DNA of 64,000 nucleotides, taken from assembly GCF_030028105.1 (NCBI RefSeq), contig NC_092377.1:104027177-104091176 (forward strand). The letters are read 5' to 3'. How positions within the stretch are numbered: position 1 is the first letter of the stretch; every line of letters starts with the position of its first letter. Below are positions 28,235 through 41,449 of this stretch, one piece after another. The translations under genes were made by a program, and so were the position numbers. This stretch comes from Mobula birostris (lineage: Eukaryota). The notes under the pieces are model-generated. The model did not search any database. It worked only from the letters and a program-made list of their open reading frames with translations, and was not told the origin of the DNA.

Positions 28235-28495
28235 GACTGGCTTTTAAAGGGTTGAGAAAGTGCCGCCCATTTCCCTCTGATTGGTTGTAAGGGAAATATC
28301 CAATACAGGGTTTCAGCGCTGCGATTGGCTGTCTTTTCCTTCATCGGTTTGAAGATCGTGGTGGGGAATAGTATCTGTGACCAAATATGGAAACTGGTGA
28401 CTAGGGTCAGAATTCAGCAATCAGGCTGCAGTGGGTCAGAATTCAACAATCAGGCTGCAGTTCATTTTCAAATTGCCCGCCAATTTCAAGAGCAA
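28235..28495 (-). promoter_or_regulatory. H3 copy 1 promoter
   Basis: TTTAAAAG TATA-like at ~28248-28241; CCAAT boxes at ~28280-28284 and ~28324-28328; TTGGCGGG and TTTGAA motifs at ~28467-28483. Confidence 0.65.
28404..28461 (+). repeat. 29-bp tandem duplication
   Basis: gggtcagaattcagcaatcaggctgcagt / gggtcagaattcaacaatcaggctgcagt, one mismatch. Confidence 0.9.
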
Positions 28496-28554
28496 CCAGG
28501 TTTCTTAAAATAAATAGAATGAATCATTAATTATCAGATTTCACCTTCATTTAA

Positions 28555-29050
28555 ATCACAAACGAGAGAAAATCTGCAGGTGCAGGAAATTCAAGTAACA
28601 CACACATACTAAATGCAGGGCCATGACGGCCGAGCTACGAAAAAGAGTAGAATCGTCGTTTCGGGCCTGGAAAAATGTTGTGGAGCAAGAAAGTGGGAGA
28701 GGGGAGGAAGAACTACGGGGGCGGAGGAGGGGGCGTGAAACCTGGAGGGGCGAAATAGAGAGCTGGGAAGTTGATTGGTTACAGAGATACAGGGCTGGAG
28801 AAGGGTGGCGGGGTGCGGGGGTCTGATAGAAGGAGAAAAGGCCGTGGAAGAAGCGAAGGGGTAGGAGAACCAGATCGAGGTGATGGGCAGATACGGAGAT
28901 AAAGTGAGAGAGGGAAATTGGAATGGGGAATGATGAAAAGGGCCGGGAAGTTTGAGGAATCGATATTCATGCCGTCAGGTTGGAGGCTACCCAGAGGGAA
29001 TGTAAGGTGTTGCTCCTCCAACCTGACTGTGGATTTATCGCGACAGATTA
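28555..29050 (-). mobile_element. Penelope-like element 3' fragment
   Basis: EEQHLTFPLGSLQPDGMNID (GIY-YIG C-terminus) followed by a pyrimidine-rich 3' region. Confidence 0.75.
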
Positions 29051-29512
29051 ATTCATTTATTTAAATCATCGATTTAGCTGAATCTGAATTTTTGCATATT
29101 TACTGCATAGCTTCTCGAGGTGAGTGAATTCAGTCCAGCAGGAAACGAAAGGACAGGCAGAGAATTAAGGTCGACTTTATTTTACTAAATGATTTGGGTG
29201 GGGGTGGAACAGAACGGCAAAAGGTTTTCAAAGGGATCACAGGAATCTGCACTGAACTGAAATACTGCTCAATATGTCTGCAAAAACATTCATTACAATC
29301 ACATGATTAAATTCTTTTTCTGCTCTCGCTCCTAGTCCGCTGCTCAAGGCCAAATCGACTGCCACTGTCTCCTTGTACGCACACCGCTCTGACGGGCCCG
29401 AGAGGGAATCAGAGAGACAGCATCAGATTAGAGCAGAGGCCTCTCATCTTTCAGCTCGCTCGGGATTTTACTACAAATGCCAATTCCTAGTTCTTTCCTG
29501 GGAGGTATGGGG

Positions 29513-29528
29513 GGCTCTTATAAGAGCC
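29513..29528 (-). terminator. Histone stem-loop of the H1 pseudogene
   Basis: ACCAAC-GGCTCTTATAAGAGCC, with GGAAAGAACT downstream. Confidence 0.85.
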
Positions 29529-29562
29529 GTTGGTTTCAGGACTTTACAAGTTGCATTTTTTT

Positions 29563-30107
29563 TTACTTTTTGGTCGCCGTCTTCCTGGATTTCACCTTCG
29601 GCTTGGATTTTCCAGAATCCTTGGCTTGGCGCGATCTTCTTGGGACTCTTGGGCTTCTGCCCAGACTTCTTGGTTACTGATTTTTTATCTGCCGTTTTTT
29701 TAGCCGCTGGTTTCCTAACAGCTTGTCTTTTGGTGGAAGTTTTCTTGGTCGCCAGTTTCTTTGTCGCTGGTTTCTTAACTTTTTTCACGATTTTCGCGGC
29801 GCTGTCTTTTTTAGCGGCCTTCAAGGAACCGGAGGCACCCGCGCCCTTAGTGTGAACCAGCGAGCCACTTTTCAATTTCCTTTTAATAACCATCTTGATC
29901 TGACTTTTGAACTTTTCCACATTGACGCCGTTGGCGGCCGAACCCTTCTTGATCGCGACTACGGGCACCCCTCGGTGACTGCGGCAACCCTTCACAATCT
30001 CGTCTATCTGTTCGGCCAGCTGGCTTGGTCCGGGCGGCCGCCGCCTTTTTCTTGGGCGTCTTGGTCGTAGCGGCGGGAGCCACTTCAGCGACTGCGACTC
30101 TGGACAA
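29563..30107 (-). pseudogene. H1: Linker histone H1 pseudogene
   Basis: N-tail (AEVAPAATTKTPKKK..KPAG, beginning at TTG), globular domain (AIKKG..NGVNVEK..IK..GSLVHTKGAGASGSLK) and final tail (AKDSGKSKPKVKSRKTATKK*) need two frameshifts (~30020, ~29625); no in-frame ATG. Confidence 0.9.
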
Positions 30108-30329
30108 ACTCCCTCAAACTCAGGAGTCAAAAATGAAGCAAGCGGCGGTTCAAGGCAATTGTTAGAACCGTTCTGAACACAATTTGGGTGCTATCGGGTC
30201 ACGAAGAGCTCGGTTGTTACATTAACAGACCGGAGATCAGACTCCCATTCTCTTATAGTGAGCGGAATAACCCAATCAGAGAGCAGCAAGAGAAGCGCCG
30301 GAAGTACCCCAGTTCCCCGGAATCTCTTC

Positions 30330-33300
30330 TGGGGTAGGCATGACCTGTTCAAAACTGCTAGGTCACACCTGAACCTGAGGGGGACCATTATCCTTGTGGG
30401 CAGGTTTGCTGTATCTGGGGGAGTGGGGGTGTTAGCTTATTCAGCAGCAAGGTGGGAAGCTGAGTGATAGGACTGAGAAGGATGCAGCAGTTGGTATACA
30501 AGTGAGACTGAGGAAGGACAGGCAAAATTGAGGAGGTAGGGCAAAATTGAAAAGGGTGTTGGATGCAGGACTGAAGGTATTACATTTGATCGCACACGGT
30601 ATATACAACAAGGCAGATGACCTTGTAGTTACAGATTAGTAGTTATGACGTCATGGCCATAGCTGATTCGTGGCTGAAAGAAGATTATAGTTGGGAGTTT
30701 AACATCCAAGGATAAACATTGTATTGAAAGGAGAGGCAGTAGGCAGAGGGGATGGGAAATGTAGAAGCCTTGATGGGAGAGTTAAGAAACCACACCGGTA
30801 AAAAGACCCTGATGGGAGTTAAATATGTACAAGCATCTGTACAGTAGCCAGGATGTGGGCAGGATATTACGAATGAGATGAAAAGGCATGTAAAAAGCGT
30901 AAGGTTACAATTGTCATGGGGGATTTCAAATATGCAGGTAGATTGGGAAATTAGGTGGTCCTGGATCCCAAGAGAGGGAATTCAAGAGTGCCAGTGGGCA
31001 GAGGTGAGTATAATTGCTATTACTAAAGTGAGGTGCTAGGAAAGCTGAAAGATCTGAAGGTAGATTAAGTCCCCTGGATCAGATGGACTACATCTCAAGG
31101 TTCTGAAAGAAATAGCTGAAAAGATTGTGGAGACATTAGTAATGATCTTTATGATTCACTAGATCCTGAAATGGTTCTGGAGGACCGGAACATTTGAAGT
31201 ATCACTCCACTCTTTTAAAAGGGCAGGAGGCAGAAGAAAGGAAATTATAGGCTAGTTAGCCTGATTTCAGTGGTTGGAAAGACGTTGGGAGTCCATTATG
31301 AAGGATGAAGTTTCGGAGTACTTGGAGGCACGTGATGTTAGCAGAGTTTCCTTAAGGGAAAATGTTGCCTGACAAATCTGTTCGAATTCTTTGAGGAAAT
31401 AACAATCAGGATCAAGAAAGATGAGTTAGTGGGTGTTGTTTACTGGATTTTCAGAAGACCTTTGACAAGATGCTGCACATAAGGCTACTTAACAAGATAA
31501 GAGCCTGTGGTGTAACAGGAAACACACTAGCATGGAAAGAAGATTAGCTGACTGACAGGAGGCAAAGAGTAGGAATAAAGGGGACCTTTTCCAGTTGAGA
31601 GCCGGTGACTCATACTGTTCCGCAGGAGTTGGTGTTGGGCCTGCTTCATTTCACATGATCTCTCAATGTTTTTGTTGACATAATTGATGCCTTTGTAGGC
31701 ACTTTGGTGGATAGTACAAAGATAAGTGGAGGGGCAGGAAGTATTGAGGTGGCTGGGAGTCTGCAGGAGGACTCAGACTGATTAGGAGATTGGGGAAAGA
31801 AGTGGCAGATGCATTCCATTGCAAGGACGTGTGTGGTCAAGCAGTTTTCATATACTATTTTCTATATGGGGAGAAAATTTAAAAATCTGAGATGCAATGG
31901 GACTAGAGAGTCTTTGTGCAGGTCAAATGGCCTATTTCTTCTCCTATGTGTTATGGTCCTGGATGTACTTCAAAAATTCCACCTCTAATCCTTTCACACA
32001 GAGGTGTTCTGGTTAATTTTGGGAGAGTTGAAATGCTTGACTGGTGTAACTCTATTCCCTTTACACATCTGTGTGATTACCAACATACCTGCTCCTCAAT
32101 CTCCCAGCAGCTGCTGGGAGTCGAACAGTATAAATTCAGCAATGCATAAGATATTTTATTTATTCCTAAACTCCACTCACACAGCATCGTGTGAAGAACC
32201 TTCTGAAATGTTCTTCCTCATTACTGCAGAAACTGCCTCCTTGATCAATAATGCAACATTCCTCCCTCCCCCTCTTTTACATCCCTCCCTGTCACATGTG
32301 AACCTTCTACACCTGGAGTGGGGAGTCTCCAGTCCTGCCCAGTTTTCACTTACAGTGTCAGAGTTGCACAGGACAGAAACTGGCCCTTTGGCCCGTCTCA
32401 TCCATTCTGACCAAGATGTCTACCTGTGTGAGTCCCATTTGTCAGTCTTTGGCCCATTCCCTCTAAATCTCTCCTATCCATGTACCTGTACAAAAACCCG
32501 TTAAACATCGTAACTGTACTCTCCCCTGCAGCTTCCTCCAGCTGCTCGTACCATATACCCACCACCCTCTGTGTGGAAAATATTGTTCCTCGGGTCCCTT
32601 TTGAGTCTTTTCCCTTTGACATGATGACCTCCAGTTTTAGACTCCCCTAAACCTTCTGCCCCATTCCAGCTTAACGACGTTCTTCCAATAAGCAGCTGAC
32701 CAGAACTGCACACAATACATTGTGGTCTCACCACTAACTTGTACATGAAGTCCCAACTTCTGTACTACAAGCCACACTGATTAAGGCTGTGTGGCAAATG
32801 CCTTCCTCGGCACCCTGTCTACACTTTTAGAGAACTATGTACTTGTACTTCTTGGTCTCTCTGTTCTCCAAACTCTCGAGGACCCTACTCAATGTCACAG
32901 ATACACCGGTGTGTGCCCCCAGCTAAAAGAGTTTTCTGTCACTGTCGCTGACCCAGAACAGAGAACAGTACAGCACAGGACGAGGCCCTTCTTCCCACAG
33001 TGCCAAATGAAACTGAATCTCTTCTGCCTGCAGGTGATTCATTTCCTGTCTAAAAGCCTTTGAACTGTCACTATCCGCCACTCCCCATGGCAGACCATAC
33101 CAGGCCCCCACCACTGTAAATAAAACTGAACTTTGACTTGCCCTGCACACACATTTAAATTCTCACTCTGTCACTTTAAAGCCATGCTTTCTTTATTTGA
33201 CATTTCCACCCTGGGAAAAAGATTCAGACTCTATCTTATCCACACCTTTCATAGTTTTATAACCTTCTGTCAGGTCTCTACTCAGCCTCCTTCGGTCCAG

Positions 33301-34660
33301 GGAAAACAGCCCCAGCCATCCAATCTTTCCTTGTAACTCAAGGCCAACAGTCCAGGCCTTCTGAAAATCCAAACACATCACACACAGGTTCCCTTCTCAC
33401 ATCCAGAAAAACTCTGGCATGTTGGTCAAACACAAGCTGCCTTTCACCAAGCCAGCTGACAGTATCTCAAACCAGGTCACAGTTGGACATGATGGTGAAG
33501 AAATCTTTTGGCACACTGGCCTTCATCAGTCACTGCTCTGAGTGGAGAGGTTGGCATGTTGTGTTGCAGCTGTAAAAGATGTTGTTGGGGCCGCGTCAAA
33601 ATATTCTTTTTAGTTTTGGTCACCCTGTTGCAGGAAAGTTGCTGGAAATACTGCAGGGGAGATTCACAAGGATGTTGCCAGGACATGAATGACTGAGTTA
33701 TAAGAACATAAGAAATAAGAGCAGGAGTCGGCCATCTGGCCTGTCAAGCCTGGTCTGCTATTTAATAAGATTGTGGTTGATCTGACCATGGGGTCATCTC
33801 CACCTACCGGCCTTTTCCCCTTACCCTTTAATTCCCCTACTATTGGTTCTTCCCTCACCTCTGAAAAACGTAAGTCTGTCCTACATTTCCTTTGGGCTCC
33901 TATGCTCTAATCCAGGCAGAGTCCTGGTGAACCTTGTCAGATTCAAGTTTTATAGAGGTGCAGTGTGACTTCCTTCCTCTTGTATTCAGCACTCCTGCTA
34001 ATGAAAGCAATGCAGTGTGTAATGAGACTGAGAGAGGACAGGATGATGGGGCAAAATTGCAGTCAGTGGGATGAGGTGAAGTATAACATGGGGACAAAAT
34101 CAAAAAGTGTTATGAATACAGGACTGAAGGTGTTAGATTTGAATGCACACAATATATGGAATTTTAGATGATCTTTTGCACAGGGATTTGCCTTTATGAT
34201 GTTGTGGGCATCATTGAGTCTTGGCTGAAAGAAGGTCATAATTGGGAGCTTAACGTCCAAGGATACACTTTGTATTGAAAGGGCAGACTGGTTGGGAGTG
34301 GGAGTGGGCTAGCTCTGTTGGTGAAAAATGAAATCAAATCCTTAAAAAGAGCTGACATAGGATTGGAAGATGTAAAATCCTTGTGCGCAGAGTTAAGAAA
34401 ATGCAAGGGTAAAAATACCCTGAAGGAAATACCATAATAAGATTTATATACAGGCCTCCAAATGGTAGCCAGGATGTGGGATACAAATTTCTCCTAGTGA
34501 GCTTGAGCCCACTAGGAGGAAGGCAATTGTGTTATGTAATGAACCAGATATGATTAGCGAGCTTGAGGGAAGAGCTGGCTGAAGTTGACTGAAAGGCAAC
34601 ACCAGCAGGAATGACAGCAGAACAGCAGTGGCTGGAGATTTTGGGGGCAATTTGGAAGGT
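30330..34660. mobile_element. Patchwork of old CR1 fragments in both orientations
   Basis: APE/RT remnants on + (30330-31940, 33990-34660) and on - (32170-33470, 33705-33950), e.g. GGGRNVALLIKE, LDFQKA, LKVLDLNAHNI. Confidence 0.75.
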
Positions 34661-34669
34661 CCCTTTCTC

Positions 34670-34905
34670 ACCTTATTGTATTACCTGTGCATTATCTCCC
34701 TCCGGTGCTCTTCCGCCTTTCCTTTCTTCCATGGTCTTCTACCCTCTCCTACAGATTCCCCCTTCTCCAGCTTTTTATTTCTTTCCCAGCTCTTTACTTC
34801 ACTCATCCCCCTCTCCTGGTTTCACCTATCATCCACCACCTGTACTTCTTCCACACCTCCCCCAATTTCTTGATCTACCTTCTCATCTTTTTTTTTCCAG
34901 TCCTG
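34670..34905 (+). mobile_element. Penelope-like 3' fragment
   Basis: Similar to 60720-60930 and to the reverse complement of 28700-28900. Confidence 0.55.
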
Positions 34906-35325
34906 CAGACTTTCCCGTCTTTGACACAACACCTCTTCAGATTTGTGCTCAATGCTCCGAAAATTGACTAATGATATCCTGGAAGAAGAACAGATGCGGA
35001 AACCAGAATTCTGTCATTCAAGATACAGCTCAGGCAGCAACTGTGGTCAGAGGAACAGAGTTAGCGTTTCAGGCTGAAACCTCTCCATCAGATAACATTC
35101 TGCAACATTTCAGCTCCGGCGAACGTGCTCCAAGCAAACCACCTCCCCCCACCCCACCGCCGGCCAGCCTCAAACTGATGTCGGAAAAACAGCCAATCGC
35201 AGCGCTGGGACTCTCTTACAACCAATTAGTGGGGGTTAGCCGGCCCTTGAACCCTTTAAAAGCCGGTTCCCACGGCTGCTCCGACATTCCAATCCCGGTA
35301 CTGGAGACTATACTCGGACTACTGA

Positions 35326-35742
<417 letters not shown>

Positions 35743-35771
35743 ATCCGGCCTCGGCACCAAGCACAACAAAA

Positions 35772-35813
35772 GGCTCTTTTAAGAGCCACTAACTCAGCAG
35801 TGGAAAGAGCTGT
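35772..35813 (+). terminator. Histone stem-loop and HDE of H3 copy 2
   Basis: GGCTCTTTTAAGAGCC at 35772-35787; GGAAAGAGCTGT at ~35802-35813. Confidence 0.95.
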
Positions 35814-36799
35814 CATTTCCTATTCACTCACCTTTTGTGTTATAGACACGCCGATTTCCTCTGACCTTCCCCTGTGGGTTTTGTGTTTTATTGTTCAATA
35901 ATTCATCCCGGTTTGTTACAGAGTCCAACACGGCTGGACCCACCAACACTGAGAATCAGCAGTTCTGTGCCTTTGAGTTAACGGCAGCGTGAACACCAGA
36001 GATAAACATCCCTCGCCGTCAGGGTGTCTCTGTCCCCATACCCCTGCCGTATAATTGTTTTTTTTTTGGCCAGATTTCTAGGTGTTTGCGGTTGTTACTG
36101 TTACGGGGAATGAGCTTTAATAAATGTATTCCTGTCCCGTTTCTAGTGTAGTTCCGGTTCTTTCACACAACTTCTTTCACGTTGCAAACTCGCCTTGGAG
36201 CGTAGTTTGAGAGAGGCCTGTACAGAACCTGCTGACGTCTATACACCGGCCGACCGCCAGTGTAACCTGTGGTTCTGCTTTTGGAAGCTAAATCACCCGA
36301 AATATTCAAACTGGCGAGTTAAGTAACGTTTAGGCGGTTACTGGAAAATAAATATTGATTGAATGAATGAGTCAATGCACATTTTTTGCAGACAGCTGTT
36401 CAATAAATATGTTTTGTGCCTCAACATACAAAAATGCTGGAGGAACTCAGCAGGACAGGCAGCGTTCATTGGAAAAAAAAGTAGTCAACGTGTCAGACAG
36501 GAAGTTCTCTGCTTGTGTTTTTTTTCAAATCTCAGGCCATCCGGGGTGAGGTTCCGGCGCTTTTCTTGCCGCTCTCTGTTGGGGTTATTGTGCTCACAAT
36601 AAGAGAATAGGAAAACTAATCTCCAGACCCTTAACGGTGCATTTCGTGACCCGATACCGCCCAGACTGCGTTCGGAGTTATTTAAATCTCGTGGTATAAT
36701 TATCAATAATTACCTGACAACCTCATCCACCCATTTTAAATTTAATCGCATGAGTTAACATTTCAGGTCAATGGTATGGGACTTGCTCTCCCTGGTCAC

Positions 36800-36839
36800 T
36801 GCACTCTCCGTGAGACGGTGGGCGGCTCTTAGAAGAGCC
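36800..36839 (-). terminator. Histone stem-loop and HDE of H4
   Basis: CAAAA-GGCTCTTCTAAGAGCC at 36839-36824, with GGAGAGTG downstream. Confidence 0.92.
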
Positions 36840-36871
36840 TTTGTTCTGTGTTTGGAAGAACGAAGAGTTCC

Positions 36872-37192
<321 letters not shown>

Positions 37193-37234
37193 TCACTCCA
37201 GTCGTTGTTCAATAACAAACTGTGTGCTGGTGTC

Positions 37235-37275
37235 ACCTTTTATACACAGCGCCCCGACCTGTCCGAGAAACGCGT
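37235..37275 (-). promoter_or_regulatory. H4 promoter TATA and H4 subtype-element-like motif
   Basis: GTATAAAAGG at ~37245-37236, preceded by TTTCTCGGACAGGTCGG, which resembles the H4 GGTCC site-II element. Confidence 0.6.
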
Positions 37276-37740
37276 GGGGGGAGAGCGAGAACGAGAGAGG
37301 GGAGGAGACAAAGTGACGGACAGTGCAGAGATAGAGAGACAGACGGGGAGGGGTGGAGACAGTCAGTGACAGACAGCACAGGGCGGCCTCTCACCTCCAA
37401 CTTCCAACGGTTTGGCCACAACGGAACAGAAGCCCAGCTCTCCGGGGAAAAAAAAACAGATGCACAGATCCGATATTGAAGGTCTGTCAGTAACATTACC
37501 ACATAACGCCCTGGATAACTGACGCAAACCTCTTGAAATGTGTGCTCAATGCTCCGAAAATTAACCGATGATATTCTGGAAAAAAATAAAAGCGAAAACC
37601 AGAATTCTGAAATTGAAGTACAACACAGCTCAGGCAGCAACCCTGGTCAGAGAAACAGAGTTAACGTTTCAGGCAGGAACCTCTTCATCATATAACTTCT
37701 GCTATCTTTCAATATTTAAAGAATGTGCTTTATTGAATAT

Positions 37741-39364
37741 TCTATGCACACTTTGAAAGGGAGAACACAACTACAGCTGAGAAGATCCCTGCTGTAGGGA
37801 TGACCCTGTAATCTCCGTCTCAGAGGCCGATGTTAGGCTCTCTTTAAAGAGAGTGAACCCTAGCAAGGCAGTAGGTCCTGATGGAGAACCTGGTAAGGCT
37901 CTGAAAACCTGTGCCAACCAACTGGCGAGAGTATTCAAGGACATTTTCTACCTTTCACTGCTATGGGTGGAAGTTACCACTTGCTTCAAAAAGGCAACAA
38001 TTACACCAGTGCCAAAGAAGAATACTGTGGACTGCCTTAACGACTATCGCCCCGTAGCACTCACATCTATAGTGATGAAATGCTTTGAGAGGTTGGTTAT
38101 GACTTGACTAAACTCCTGCCTTAGCAAGGACCTGGAACCATTGCAACTTGCCTATCGCCACGATAGGTCAACAGCAGACACAATCTCAATGGCTCTTCAC
38201 ACAGTTTTAGACCACATAGGAAACACAAACACCTATGTCAGGATGCTGTTTATCGACTATAGCTCAGCATTTAATACCATCATTCCCACAATCCTGATTG
38301 AGAAGTTGCAGAACCTGGGCCTCTGTAATTTGATCCTCGACTTCCTAACCAGAAGACCACAGTCTGTGCGGATTAGTGATAACATATCCTCTTCGCTGAC
38401 GATCAACACTCTCTGTATACACATGACTGTGTGGCTAGGCATAGCTCAGATACCATCTACAAATTTGCTGATGATACAACCATTGTTGGTATAATCTCAG
38501 GTGGTGACGAGAGGGCCTACAGGAGTGAGATATGCCAACTAGTGGAGTGGTGCCGCAGCAACAACCTGACACTCAATGTCAGTAAGACGAAAGAGCTGAT
38601 TGTGGACTTCAGGGAGGGTAAGGTGAAAGAACACATAACAATCATCATAGAGATATCAGAAGTGGAGAGAGTGAGCAGCTTCAAGTTCCTCAGTGTCAAG
38701 ATCTCTGAGGATCTAACCTGGTCCCAACATATCGATGTAGTCATAAGAAAGGCAAGTCAGAGGCTATACTTTATTAGGAGTTTGAAGTGATTTGGTATGT
38801 CAACAAATACACTCAAAAATTTCTCTAGTTGTACCGTGGAGAGCATTCTGACAGGCTGCAGCACTGTCTAGTATGAAGGGGCTACTGCACAGGACCAAGA
38901 GAATCTGCAGAAGGTTGTAAATCTAGTCAGCTCCATCCTGGGCACTAGCCTACAAAGTACCCAGGACACCTTTAGGGAGCAGTGTCTGTTATTAAATACC
39001 TCCAGCACCCAGGGCATGCCCTTTTCTCACTGTTACCCTGTTACCATCAGGAAGGAGATACAGAAGCCTGAAGGCACACAGTCAGTGATTCAGGAACAGT
39101 TCCTTCCCCTCTGCCATCCGATTCCTGAATGGACTTTGAAGCTTTGGACACTACCTCACTTTTTTTTTATATACAGTATTTCTATTTTTGCATATTTTAA
39201 ATAATCTATTCAATATATGCAATTGATTTACTTGTTTATTATGTTTTATATTACTTATTATTACTTTTTCTCTCTCTCTGCTAGATTATGTATTGCATTG
39301 AACTGCTGCTGCTAAGTTAACAAATTTCACGACACATGCTGGTGATAATAAATCTGATTCTGAT
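37741..39364 (+). mobile_element. 5'-truncated Rex1/Babar LINE
   Basis: [53 protein letters not shown] plus (CTGATT)n tail. The empty site is visible in the paralogous arm at ~26380. Confidence 0.9.
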
Positions 39365-41449
39365 TTTCCTGCAAAAATGTAGGATCTCACTTCCTCCCAC
39401 AAATTCTCTCTATTGCCTCCTTACCCGATCATCACAATTTACGTTCCCATCTCTCTTTATGTCACCAGTAAGTTGCAATATTCATGGTGAGCTTTCATTT
39501 TCTTGTACCCTGTGAAGGAGCAGCTTATCAAATGGATATCTTAGTTCAGGACAACCACTGTTTCCTTTATCCACAGCTTGTGTTCCCAGTTCAAAGATTG
39601 TTAAATGTGGAATCACTTTCACAAAATCCTGTCCACTTCGCCTGATTGTTTGAAGTTTTGGAAATGTGCATTTATTCTCTCTGTTGTTACAGCTTCAAGC
39701 ATTCTCTGGAACAGGTGATTAACTGTAGACAGGTGACCAGAACTACACACAATACTCCAAATTTGGCCTCATCAATGTGTTATACAACTTCAACATAACA
39801 TCTCAACTCCTGTACCCAATGTTTTGATTTATGAAGGCCAATGTGCCCAGAGCTCTCTTTACGACCCTACCTACCTGTGACCCCACTTTCAAGAAATAAT
39901 GTGCCTGTAAACCAGATCACACTGCAAGCTACACCCACAATCTAGGTGTCATCTGCAAATGTGCTGATCCGCTTTACCACTTCATCATCCAGATCATTGA
40001 TATAGATGACAAACAAAAATGGACCCAGCACCGAACCCTGCTTAAGAGGGGATATGATTTACATATGGAAAATCATGTGGTGCAGAGTTTGGGTAGGTTG
40101 CAGAGAGCTTTCCCTAGATCAGAAGTAGATAGATGTGCTGCATGGGGTTAGGGTGTTAGGTTGAGTGGGCAAGAGAGTGAGAGAGGATTTGAGAAGGCCG
40201 TGTAACCCAGAGTCCCTGGAGTACACTGCCAGAGAGAACAGTGGAAACAGAGTCATCGATGATATTTCAGAAATGTCTCCTCAAACACGTTAATTACCCA
40301 GATTAAATTGAACTTGCTTTTCCCTCACTTTCTAAATTCTGACCTGAAATGTTCACTCTCTTCGCTTCCTGAGCTGCTGAGGGTATCCAGCGTTCTCTGC
40401 TTTAATTTCAATTTCAATAATTGTCCTTTTGGTCCTGGTGCCAAATTCTGTATTTCTTACCCAACTGCAGTTCTGATCCTGAAATATCCTTGTGAAGCCC
40501 CTGTGGAAGTGTCTACGGGGGCTCCCTGACTGACAGTTCACTCTGCCCCAACTCCCAGTCTGTGTTCAGAATGTCACATGATATGAGGCCACTTCCTTGG
40601 GGCATTTGTGTGTTATATCACTGACATTGTTCCTGTGGCAATGGGATGGTGTCATCCATGTGGGAGGGGTGGGGGGGGGGGTTGGCTTAGGATGCGGGAG
40701 AGGTGAGATTATCCTTGGTGGGGCAAAAGAGACTGAACTGAAGTGGGGCTCATCTGTACCTGTTTCAATTTTGAAGAATGAGAGGTGATGTAATAGTCTT
40801 CTGCTGGGGTTTGCAGATTAATCTGGATAGATGAAGAAGACAGCATCTGGATCAGATGAGCTGCTCCTTAATCTCTGCAGTTGCCATGTGGATCTGGAAG
40901 TGGACTGGTGGAGTCTGGTGCGCCTGACTGATCATCCACGGTGGGCATCTTCTTTTCCTGCCTGGTATGTGTCTGTCAGTGCCTTACTGCACCAGCTCTG
41001 TACTGCAGGCTTCCATTCTCATCCTTGGGCTCACATCCTTCCTTGGTCCTCAACCCCTCACTCTCTGTGTAACATCTTCATGTGCTGACAAACTCTCACA
41101 GATGTGCTCTTCTCCCTCTGTGATCCTTCTGCATCTACACATCCGTACTGTTTCCAGATCGGAGACCTGTGACCAGTGGTGTGCCTCAGGGATCTGTGCC
41201 TGCACCCATGTTGTTTGTCATATATATTAATGATATGGATGTGCCTGTTGATAAATTGATTTTTAAAATAAATAAATTACTATTTTTGATTGGAGGCCTG
41301 TGACCAGTGGTACTGCTGTGAAGGTGCTGTGTATTTTGTTTGTCAAATATATTGACAATCTGGATGAGAATATACCTGGTGCGTTTAAATTTGTAGTTGA
41401 CACCGAAATTGATGGTATTCTGAAATGAAGAAGATCATCCAGTCATCTG

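Noticed and set aside
29471-30130. 219-aa ORF as an intact H1
   Set aside because: Only the middle is H1. Both ends are off-frame and the ORF runs through the stem-loop.
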